From: Ptychomitrium polyphyllum
Taxonomy: Eukaryota
Length of the DNA: 64,000 nt
NCBI GenBank assembly: GCA_973851085.1
Contig: OZ316775.1
Span: forward strand, 17,360,001-17,424,000
Reading direction: 5' to 3'
Shown here: positions 39,340 through 50,202 of the stretch, piece by piece
Layout of the letters: every line of letters begins with the position of its first letter
How positions within the stretch are numbered: the first letter of the stretch is position 1
Position numbers and translations under genes: made by a program
Notes under the pieces: generated by a model
The model's database searches: none
Told to the model about the DNA's origin: nothing
What the model saw: only the letters and a program-made list of their open reading frames with translations

Positions 39340-40503
39340 TGTCGCAACCCTTGTAATGCACCTTAACAAACGTCACTCACGTCAACCTTGTAAACCACCA
39401 CAATGCATATGGTTAACCCCCATTTTTATTCTTGAAGTCCTAGGCTTGGTTTCTAATTCTTTCTACCATTTCTCTTCAAACACCCAATTGATTAGTAGCC
39501 AATGGTTAGGTGTGGACTTCCATTCATATCCAAGGCCTTAATTGGTGTTACTCCCATTCTACACGGCCTAACCGCACTTAATGGTGTTTCCTCACCACTA
39601 CACATGATTCTCATGTGATCTTAAAATCATCTCAAATTACCATAGTGCCGGAGTGAAGAAACCACCCCAACTTAGTCATAACAAGCGTATTAATTTGATC
39701 TCACTAGTTTCTTTCGTGAAACTAATCATCCACCAACTCACAATGGTATAGGAGTCCTTGTGGTAAAGCTCTAATAGTAGCTCCACCAACCAGGATTCAC
39801 CCTTGGTTCCTACCAAGACACTAGGGGAGTAGGAAGGAAGACTAGCCTTCTCCTATAGTACTTTGTGTGGGATTTGGTAGGCCCTCTAGCCCTCTATAAT
39901 TGGCTGAACTCCAACACACCAAAAACTTTGGAAGATCACCCAATCTCCCTTAGAACTTAGCCGTTGGAAACCTCTGAGACTTTCTACGAACCTTCAGGGA
40001 GCCATATCTTCTACGTTTGGTCTCCAAATCTATCAAACAACCAGTCTATCGTCATTTATTCTTTGCGTAGATGTCGATAAACTCCTCAAACTTCTAATTT
40101 GACTTAATATTCTTAGAGATATGCCTCTCTCAAGGTTTGAGACCCTTAGAAAGTCCCTCCTTACATTATCCAAGTTCAGTACAGTCACAGTTTAGGGCTG
40201 CCACACTCCAAACCAGCCCTTGGTAGTCCCAACTTTGGAATGCCATATGTTTTAGTTCCTTTGTCCGATTTGAGCAATGTTTAGCATTTTAGAATCAATT
40301 TGTTGTGAGTCCTCCAATGCCTATAATTTCTCCCTTGTGGCCCTTAGTATACATGGACAAGGATATCTCCTCCCCTCGGAATCCTTCCACACTAGGCCCA
40401 CTCGATTCACCTTACTATTGGCGCCACAAGTCCCGAACATTACTCCAGAGTCTTGCTTGTGCCTTTAGTATTGCGGACACTCTTGAAACAGAGGTGCGCA
40501 ACA
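39340..40503. repeat. Solo LTR family C in inverted orientation
   Basis: TGTCGCAA...GCGCAACA termini; reverse-complement homologous to 41403-42547; degenerate TSD AGATT/GAATT. Confidence 0.8.
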
Positions 40504-40695
40504 GAATTCCACAAAGAGTACTATAGGGGAAAGTTAATCTTCTCCGCACTTTTATAATGTCTTGGTAATAACCAAGGATGAGTTTTAGTAGGTGGAGTAA
40601 GTATTGGGGCTTCACTATGGAGACTACCACACCATTTTGAGCCAATTGGTGGCCGATTTTAAAAAAGAAACTAGTGAGTTTTAAAGTGTGCACGA

Positions 40696-41353
40696 TGTCA
40701 CAGACATAGGTCATGCAACATAGTCCTTAGAACATTCCAGACACTTCTAATATACTATAATAGCTTCTTAGAATACTTCTAAATGTCTCCATAGCCTTTC
40801 CATGTTCTTAGGAAGCTTCCTATGAAAGTTCCTTCATCTTAAGAAATTTCTTAGGAAAGTTCTATTACCTTGCGTAACTTCTTAAGAAATTTCGTAGGAA
40901 GTTTCTATTACCTTAGGTAATTTCTTAGAAAGCTTTCTACAAAGATTCCATCATCTTTAGAAACTTCCTAGGAAGGTTCTACTTCTTTGGAAAACTTTCT
41001 AAGAAGATTCCATCACGTTAGGAAACTTCCAAGGAAGATTCCAATTCCTTCAAAGCCTTTTAAGAAGGTTCCAATATCTTAGAAAACTTCTTCGGAAGGT
41101 TTCCTAGACTTCCAAAACATTCTTAAACCTTGTAGGAAGCTTCTTTAGAAGTATCCTAAGAGATACAAACATCATAGTATAAATAGGAGGCAAGACAAGG
41201 TGTTCCTTAGTCTTGCCAACACAAGTTGTGGATCATCTTGAATCCTGCCTTGTTTTAGTCTTTGTATCAAAGTTCTTGTTAATCATTAGCTCTTTGGAAG
41301 CTAATTCTTGGGAAACACTTCGATTCCGCTTCTTGTTTCTTGTGTCTCCAATA
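40696..41353 (+). repeat. Solo LTR of Gypsy family A
   Basis: TGTCACAGAC...TCTCCAATA, reverse-complement homologous to 7550-8213; no internal sequence on either side; degenerate TSD CACGA/CATTA. Confidence 0.85.
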
Positions 41354-41402
41354 CATTAAGTATCAATATGTTGGAGTAGTGTTTTCATGCCGGCACAATG
41401 GT

Positions 41403-42547
41403 TGTCGCGCACCTCTCCTTGAAGAGTGCCTGCGACATTAAAGGCACAAGGAGGACCCCGGAGTGATGTCCGGGACTTGTGGCGCCGATAGTGAGGGTGA
41501 TCAAGTGGACCTAGCGTGGGAAGGATCCCTAGAGGGAGAAACATCCTTGCCCATGTAGACTCAGGGCCACGAGGGATAAATTGTGGGCATTGGAGGAATC
41601 ATGAAGAGTTGATTCTAGAATGCTAAAGATTGTTCAAATCGGACATAGGAGCTAAAAGTTATGGCATCCCAAAGTTGAGGTTGCCAAGGGGCTGTTCTGG
41701 ACTGTGGCAGCCCTACACAGTGACTGTACTGGAGTGGGACAATCCAGGGAAGGACTCCCCAAGAGTCCCGAACCTTGGGAGAGGTGTATCTCCCACAATA
41801 CTAACTCAAATTGGACGTTTGAGGAGTCTATTGGCATCTACGTGAAGAATAAATGATAATAGAGTGGTCGTTTGATACATTTGGGCACCGGATGAAGAAG
41901 ATATGGCTCCCTAAAGGTCCGCCAGGAGTCCCGGAGGCTTCTAGCGACTAAGTTCCAAGGGAGATTGGGTGGTCTTCCAAAACTTTAGGTGTGTCGGGAT
42001 TCAGCCAGCTACAGAGGGCCAGGGGGCCTGCCAAATCCCACAAAGAGTACTATAAGGGAGGGCTAGTCCTCCTCTCCACTCCCCTAATGTCCCGGTAGAG
42101 GCTAAGGGTGAGTCCCGGTTGGTGGAGCTAGTGTTGGGGCTTCACCACGGGGACTCCCACATCATTGTGAACCGGTGGATGGCCGGTCTCACGGAGGGAA
42201 TTAGCACGTTTAAAAGGGTACACTTGTTACTATTAAGTTGGGGTGGTGTCTTCACGCGGGCACCATGATGGCCCGAAGTGATCTTAAAATCGCGTAGAGA
42301 TCATGAGTGGTGGTGAGGAGACAGCACTAAGTGCGGTTAAGCCGTGTGAAATGGGAGTAACACCAATTGAGGCCTTGGACATGAATGGAAGTCTGCACCT
42401 AACCATTGGCTACCAATCAATTGGGTGTCCTAAGATAAATGGTAGAAAGACTTGGAAAGTGAGAATGGGGGTTAACCATGTGCATGTGGGAGTGTACAGG
42501 ATTAACACGCGTGACGTTTGCTAAGGTGCATTATAAGGGCTGCGACA
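41403..42547. repeat. Solo LTR family C (youngest, 1145 bp)
   Basis: Inverted termini TGTCGC...GCGACA, perfect TSD ATGGT (41398-41402, 42548-42552), and visibly more CpG retained than in the other copies. Confidence 0.9.
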
Positions 42548-42855
42548 ATGGTGGCCTACGGTGACCTTGAGATCACATAGAGATATGAATGGTGGTGAAG
42601 AAAGACTATTAAGTGCGGTTAGGTCGTATAGAATGGGAGTAACACCAAATGAGACCTTGGACATGAATGGAAGTCTACACCCAACTATTGGCTACTACTC
42701 AATTGAATGACTTAAAGGAATTAAGTTGGGAAAATTGGAAATCAAGCCTTAAGCTTGGAGAGTGGAAATTAGGGTTAACCATGTACATGTGGGGGTGTAC
42801 ATGGTTGGTTCTTGTGACGCTTGTTAAGGTGCATTTCAAGGGTCGTGATAAAGCC

Positions 42856-43815
42856 ATCAAATTGTTTTTGGCGAATTTCCTTTTTAATGTTCAAACTCCA
42901 AAGAATAGCAAAGTATAGAGCCAATTATTGACAAATTCATTATGCTTGCTACTTCTAACTACAATAATATTGTAGCAAGTTCTAAAAAATATGTTAAGCC
43001 CACTTTGAAACTTATTGATAATATTATGGTTTTAAAAGCCAACAAAAACCTCAAATTTGTTGATAACAATAAGTTTTTATATTAGAGCAAAGCTGAAATG
43101 CTCATCTTTAAGATGTCTGTCAATTGCTTAGGTAGGGGTATAGACCTTTTAAAGCGCATATAATTCAAAAGAGATATAAAAGATTTTTGAATAATGTTTG
43201 ACCATGCCAAACATGTCAAGAATTGGACCACCATGGCTTGTCATGTTTACAACAGCAAATATTGCAAGGTTTTCACTATTGCTAGTTGTAATATCCAATT
43301 TGAAGATATTAATGCTTGAAGACAATTTTGGAAGAACTCCATTATCCGCCATGCAAGAATCAATTTTTGAATGGCTCAACTTTTGGCATTTTTGCTTAAT
43401 GCAATGAGGCAGCTATAGGATTCTTATAAGTTTTAATTCATACAAACTATGTCAAATTCACCTTCTTTGTTATCACTTCTTTATTAACTTTAGCTATAAA
43501 TTTCTATAGCATTTGACTATTAACCAAAAGGTTGAGATGCTTTCTTGCAACCTTGTAGAAACTATCCACCACAAGTGGCTCATGCAATCCAAAAACAAAA
43601 TGACTTGTATCTACTAAGCTATTCAAAATGACATGATACGAGCTTTCATTCAAGCCACAAATTACCAAAATTGGACGAAATGTACTTTCCTTAAAAAAGG
43701 CCCAAATCATGCATCCCTCAAATTAAAGGCCACTGCAAAAGCTGGAAATTATTCCATTCCATATTCAACTACAAGGTCAAAAAAGGCACAAATTGAGGAA
43801 TGCCTTTTAATGCAT
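42856..43815 (+). pseudogene. Degenerate Mutator-like (MULE-type) transposase relic
   Basis: Manual translation gives MFDHAKHVKNWTTMACHVYNSKYCKVFTIASCNIQFED (from 43194), EWLNFWHF and ETIHHKWLMQSKNKMTC...DMIRAFIQ. These resemble MULE-like transposase segments from memory. Many stops; the 5' part probably lies at ~38400-38720. Confidence 0.45.
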
Positions 43816-46800
43816 TAATGATAAATTTGAATATTATTTAAAAAAAAAAATGTGGACAAAATTCACTTGTCTTAACAACATCCGTTGCTACATTTAAGGA
43901 ACAAAATGTGGAAATTATGGTGTTGATTTTTCTCCTACCCCAATTAGTTGGCTATTAAAATTTAAAACCAACCCTAATTGGAAAGAAATACTTCCTTTAG
44001 AAGACAACGGCTTCCAATTACAACAACACAATTTCAAATTACTACGTTAAATGTTCAAATCCATTTGCAATTGTTCATTTTTAGATTTATATTTTGCATT
44101 TCCAAAGCTTCTATAGTACATTCAATACAATGGCATAGCAAGAGGCTTTGTCACACAAATAGTATTTCTACTATAGATCATAAAATTAAGTAGAAGAGTG
44201 TTGCCTTTATGAACAGTTGCTACGTCACAAGTGTTATGGCCATCTTCCATTTTAAATATGGTGCTATCATCACCTTTGTTTCCAAATCTGGACATACTTA
44301 TCTTATTATACTTAGCGCTTGTCTAGCTTATACTTGCCCAAATTTTAAGAAGATGGAAATGATGGAGATGCCAGCCTTAGGAAGATTCAGCAAGTGAATC
44401 CCATATAAGCACCTCTTTTATGTCTTTAGGTGTTATGGCAAGGTAAAATACGCGACCCATTGTTTCATGCATAACCCTACTTTCAGCCTTTTAAAAGTGA
44501 TGTAAGTACTTGAATCCTACAATATTGCGGAAGCTGAGGAATTTGATATTGTGATGCTCTAAAAATCTTTCCATTGCCTTCTAGAGCTCACATCTCATGG
44601 CTCACCACTCACTATTCATTGCTCACATCATAATTACATCCCAAAGTGTCCTTCTCAGACACCTGAGTTGTGCACCCATGCAAATCCAGCATTCCAATTT
44701 GTATTCATTCATGTTTGGATCGCACCAAGCGACGTGGGCATGGAGGAGCTCAGCCTCCCGGCCCTCGGCAAACTTCTCCCCTAACCAGCTCACCACTACT
44801 TAACTATATGGCAGTGCCATATCCAAATGTAGGGCAAGAAGTGACTCCAGTTGGATGCGATTGCATTGCCACCAACACTTCCGTGTTGCTGGCTTTCACG
44901 GCTTCCTCCTCTCGTGCGCTCACCTTCGCCGCTTGCTCTTCTTCGAGACTAGAATGGGACTTCGAAGAGGTCGCTCTTGTGAGCCTTGGAACTCTCAATT
45001 TCGTTCGTCGACAGCACAGTGGCTCTCCATCGGAGAGAACATTTTGCCTTCAAGGGATTGTAGCATGCGCACGCGTTCCCCACGGCTGCACAGCTGCCTT
45101 GCTTTTGCAGCTTGTCTTCGAGCCAAGTTGCGCTGTGAGGGTATGCGAGTACGCTCGATCTGCGCCCTTGGAGACAATACTGGGACGTGAAATGAGTCTG
45201 AACGAAAATACGGTCGACGATGGGCGCTGAAGGACGTGAGTAAAAGAGGGATCTGGGCGAGGTTGGGTGAAGGGGTGTAAAAGGAAAGATATCGCAAGAA
45301 GAAGAATGGGGGGCACCTCACATGGTGGTGGATGCAGGGCAACGTCGCAAGCTACGCTGGAGAGTGAGAACGATGACGCTGGCGTTGTGATATGCGCCAA
45401 TATGTGAGCCACGAATTCTCAAGCAGCTCTAGACTTTATGAGGGTTTGAGAGATCAGGTCCGGAAGACTTGGCCGCGTGACCATTGTGGATGTCGGCATT
45501 GTGGCAGGTTCGATGGTGGGAACGCTGCGACTCTTCTTACTTTGTCAATGTCGTAATACGCCAAATGCTTGCGTATTAAATTGCTAGACGTGCTTGCCAA
45601 ATGATAGAATAACAAAAGTTAGATGAGTAGAACGAGTCACGAAGTGGCTTGCTTGGCGGAGCAACTACAGTGGGCAGTTACAAGGACGCGTGAGGACACC
45701 TTCTTGGATGAGGAGGATCAAACGTCCTGCGTGGTACAAGCCGGCCTTGACTATGCTGCGGTACTGTGCTTCTCATTTCATCGCACCCACTTCTTTCTTT
45801 TTCGAATTGCAAACACTTCAGGTGTGTTCTGCAGGTGGAGCAAGTGAGGTTGAGCATTTCCATGGATCAGCAGCTTGCGGTGCTATAGTGGGATGGGCCG
45901 CTCGCCGTGAATTATGCAGGCATTGCTCGACACAAACGAAATATTGATCCCTGCACCACCACTTCACCACTAGAGTATCTGGCCAGATACTCCGAAAGGT
46001 TAGCACTTGAGAAGAAGTGGAGTGCTGTTCTAGTACTATTGATCATAGTGCAGGGTCATGCAAGTAAAGAATGTTATTTCACATCGTTGGCACAGTTTTT
46101 TGGCACCGTTTGTTTGATTGTGGCAGAAACGCACTATGTAATGTATAAACCTCAACCATGGTCTCTGAATCTAATTTAATGTTCTGCATGGTCGAATCGT
46201 CCTGTTTCTTAACAGTATCTGGTTGATATTTCTGCAAAATGATTGGTTGCTAGGACAAAACCAGATTCGTTAGATTCATCGCAAATGACAGTTGTCTTGG
46301 GATCATATGCGTGCTACTTCTGGGAATATAGGTTGAGATATGCTTCAGCCATTTCTTTCATGACAAGGAAGTTCTAGGTGATAGCATTTTGTACCTAGTT
46401 TTTTTTGTCAGTGTCCCAATGGTGACTAATCTAGGGATACTACTGTAGGATTCAAACTGATACTGTGGTGACGATTGGCTACTCCGACTTTGGAAGGATG
46501 CTGGGAGGTTGTCAGCAGCGTGGCAGATATTCAAGGCATATTCTAGTGAAAGCGGCCAAGCACTACGGAGTCCATCTGACCATGTTTCATGGGCGTGGGG
46601 GTGCTGTCGGTAGGGATAGGTATTTCCGGAAAAATTGAAACGATCGAGAGAAAAGCAGCACGGTCCCTATGCATCAAAATCCTGTCTTCGTTTTGATTTC
46701 AGAATGCTACCTCAATACTGACTTAGAGGCAGGTTTGATGTTGAAAGCACAGCGTTGAGGAATTTGTTTTGTTTTAGGGCTTTCAAACGATGGAATTGAA

Positions 46801-46951
46801 GGAGTTCCTGAAGGCGTCTTTCAGTAGGAATTTCTTTCGTTGCAGTCGCGGTGCTGTTTACAATAGACACTAAATGGCAATTCTTATTCGGATATTTGGT
46901 GTTGCTGTGTCTCAGTGTGTTGCTTTAAGTGGGCGGGTTTAGACAAACTTA

Positions 46952-46983
46952 TATGCCACTGCAGGTGAACCTGCAGTGGCATA
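46952..46983. repeat. Perfect 15-bp inverted repeat with 2-nt spacer
   Basis: TATGCCACTGCAGGT-GA-ACCTGCAGTGGCATA. Confidence 0.9.
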
Positions 46984-47298
46984 CATTAGAGTAGATGGTT
47001 TTCAAGCTAGACCCATTTCACTTGTCATTTAGGTCTCCGTTAAGAGAACTTGATGTAGAGTATATATCAAGAGCACGGATATTCACATTGAGCAACATTT
47101 TTGGCATGGTATGCACTTAACAGTTGTCATGAAGAAGCAGCTGATTGGTATCTAACAATATGATTGTGCACTAAGCACAGTGATACGCGTCGCCAAAACT
47201 AATCAAGTTATATCTTTCGGAACGAAATAGAACTCGTCGACGATTTGAGGCCTGTGTCAGGAGGGTACATAGGAAATCTGGTCTTCGAGAGAATAAGT

Positions 47299-49296
47299 CT
47301 ACTTTCTATGGTCATAGATATCTCTCATCTTGTACGTCAGAATGGGCTTCATAACGGCAATAACTCGACATAACCCATTCTCCACAAGGTCTAATATGGC
47401 ACAGGCAGCATCTTTGTAAGCCTCAGGCCGCTCCTCGTACAGCAGTCCTTTATCGTCACACAACGCGCGACTGGAGGTCCGTAATCAAGAGTTCCTTTGC
47501 ATCCGGGTGTTGAATTTTACCCCCAATTCGAGCTGCATTTCGTGCCAAGCGGCGGCCTGCTCCATGAGCTAGCGACCATCCGCTCTTGCATGTAGAAATC
47601 GTAGAACTGAGTAAAACGAGGTAACTAAAGGCACCTCGTGAGCCTGAGATCAGCACGGGGCCTCGATCAGTTGGAGCAGCTTCCAAATAACTCTATGCTT
47701 CTTCCGAATCCTGCAACAAATATTGTGATCTAATTTGAACGATTCAAGATTCAAATCTGTCATAAAAAATAATAAAACAGTCGGGAACAATAGTAGAGTA
47801 GCACCAGATCTGAAATCCTTACTATTGAAGAATGGAGTTTTAGTGTCCAATTTTTTATCAAAAATGGTGTATATCTTAACTTACCAGATGTATGCCAGCA
47901 CCGCCGTATTGCTTCGAATACGTATTTAGAATCGATTCGCCATATCCTCGTGATCCTGACTGTACGCAAAAATACACGTTTCTCTCCGTCAATCCCGAAG
48001 CCGCTGCTGCTTCCTCGTCTTCTATTCGCTCAACAACCTGTTAAGAAGCAAGCAACCAAGTAAACAATCAACACCTGTTACTTTCTGGATAACATCTATG
48101 CACGTATAAAGCACCGCGAGTAGAGTCTCCCAATCCAAATTTGACTGGCTAATTCTGCAACCAATCTAACAAGGAACCTCGAAGCTCAAACAGCCAAATC
48201 TATAACAAAATGTACACCTGCAACTCAGTGAAATGGTTCCCCCGACCCACTGTCCCAAGACTCTCGCGGTCAAATTGCGTTGGCTTGATTCCAGCCTTTT
48301 CCAGCATTTCTGCACATCAGTCGCCCATCAGACGAAGAATCATTCAGAGAAATATCAACCTATCAAGTGATGGTGCACATTTAATCGTTGCGTGCTGCTA
48401 AAAAATGAGCAGCAAGGGCTGGCTTACCCGCGTAATCACCATCCCAAGGATCCTCAAGCTGTACACAGTCAGCCCACCGATCCAGCGTCCTCGGTTTACT
48501 AGCAGACGACGAAGTCAGCGACGTCTCAGCCAAGAGAATACCACATCCTATGTCAGATCCTACCAGGGAAGGATATATTATGCGGTTTGTAGCGATTTCT
48601 GCGCCAATGGGACATGAAGCACCGGTGTGAAGATCTGGAAGGCCAACCGCCAGAACTACTCCTGGCAGACCCGCGCGGTAATTCAGTTGTTCAATTGCGG
48701 GACCTTCGATAAGGCTCTCATCCGCAATGACGACCACTTTCGAATCTGCGGTCTTCTTGCTACCTGCACAATCGATCTCGTATTAGTTGCCATGGTTGTG
48801 TCGAGGTAAGTTTTCTGACAGATGATTGTAGTCTTGATTAACTGAGGCACAGAATGGAATGGAGGAGAACAATGACCTGTTGCGGGAGCAGCTTTTACGA
48901 TGCATGATTTTCCGGAGGAAACAAAGAGAGTGGCACGATTTACAACGCTAGCTCTTGCATCTGCTTCATTTTGAAGCTCTTTGCCGCTTGTGTCGAACAA
49001 CCTCACCTGCGTCACATTGTCGCTCAGTAAGATGCGAGGACCAACACCTTTTCCACACCCTAAGTGCGTCCCCTAATTGGATATGATTGTGTACTGATGT
49101 TTAAGGAGCTAACCTGGGAGAGACGAATGCGCATTTTGTTGGCCGCGGCTTGTCGTGCTTGCTTCAAGAGGTTTCCTTCAAGGTCATTCCCTTTCAGCAG
49201 CACAAGACAGGAATCCGTATGGCGCACATTACGCACCAGCGTGAGGCGCAAACCCTTACTCACTCCATCGTCTCCGTCTCCCTTGTTCTCGTCCAT
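47299..49296 (-). pseudogene. rtcB: RtcB-family RNA ligase, release-factor-H-coupled (RtcB2) type; six-exon pseudogene
   Basis: Exons 49114-49296, 48877-49006, 48428-48763, 48218-48309, 47885-48037 and 47299-47710 with in-phase GT-AG introns. Motifs PDLHTG, GSDIGCG, LGTVGRGNHF, SGSRG, SLAHGAGR, LLYEE.PEAYK, PILTYK. Lesions: H-to-Q in HSGSRG (47960-47962), TAG at 47693-47695, deletion of the HN/HRKGA segment at 47677/47678, frameshift at ~47458. Confidence 0.88.
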
Positions 49297-50202
49297 GGTG
49301 AAAGAATGCACAATTTGAGCAAAGTTGCTCCCCTCCACAAGTTGTCCACTCCACGCCCTAGATCACAGCTCCAATTCCCTGCCGCTTTTGAAATCAAACG
49401 CTGCACAGCTCAGCACTCCTCTCCACAGCTTCCCTAGATCGTTACCGAATATTCACATGCCCGCAGCACTGAAGCACCAGAAACTCGGATTTGCAGAGTA
49501 GAGTATGATCTAAAACACTTTTATTTGACAATCCAATACTGTGCTCTTCATAACAGAGCTCAAAACGTGGAAGATACGTCACAAATGGGTTGCGTTGTCC
49601 TCAAGTCGGAAAGTCGTTGCATCAACTTAGACACCAAAACTCTCCTTGACTGATTACAGCATCTTAAATCGATCGACTACCAAATCGAGATGGTTTCAAC
49701 GCACGTGCATGTCAAGTTAGGAGCAGACTTGTGGAACTGACAGATGGCATTCGCTGTCAGCTGGCTTGCGGTTTTGACTCAACGTGGAAGTAGTGCTTGG
49801 CCGGCAGTGAACGGCACATTCGCCGTATCTGCAATTTCTCGAGGTTACCCAAACCTCCATTTCGTACCGAAAAGTTGAGAAGAAACTGCCATCAATGATT
49901 AGGTCTGCCTAAGAGACAGCAGTAGTTCGTTACCATGCAATCCGATAGCACGAAGATGATTAGTTTCCCTTTCTAGCTTATGGTCATCAAATATTTTCAA
50001 GGCACGTGCGGCGACATAGAACCCAGATTTGTGATCGATACCAACGATTGAAAGAGCGGCAAGCCCTTGTCAATTCTCAACTCAACTTGTGTTCCGTTTG
50101 TACAAATCACTTCACTGCACAAATTATCTATGCAAGTTACAGAATCGCAAACTGCAATGTCACGAATCAGTCAAACGCACGGCATATGGGCATCGATCTC
50201 CC

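Larger units (their letters stand above)
38721..42850. repeat. Old solo LTR (family C) hosting three further solo LTRs
   Basis: Pieces 38721-39339, 40504-40695, 41354-41402 and 42548-42850 join colinearly with 41403-42547. TSD AAGCT (38716-38720) / AAGCC (42851-42855). Confidence 0.8.

Noticed and set aside
44670..45412. Several overlapping 100-186 aa ORFs on both strands
   Set aside because: Mostly non-ATG starts, no recognisable domain and no consistent exon chain; not called as a gene.
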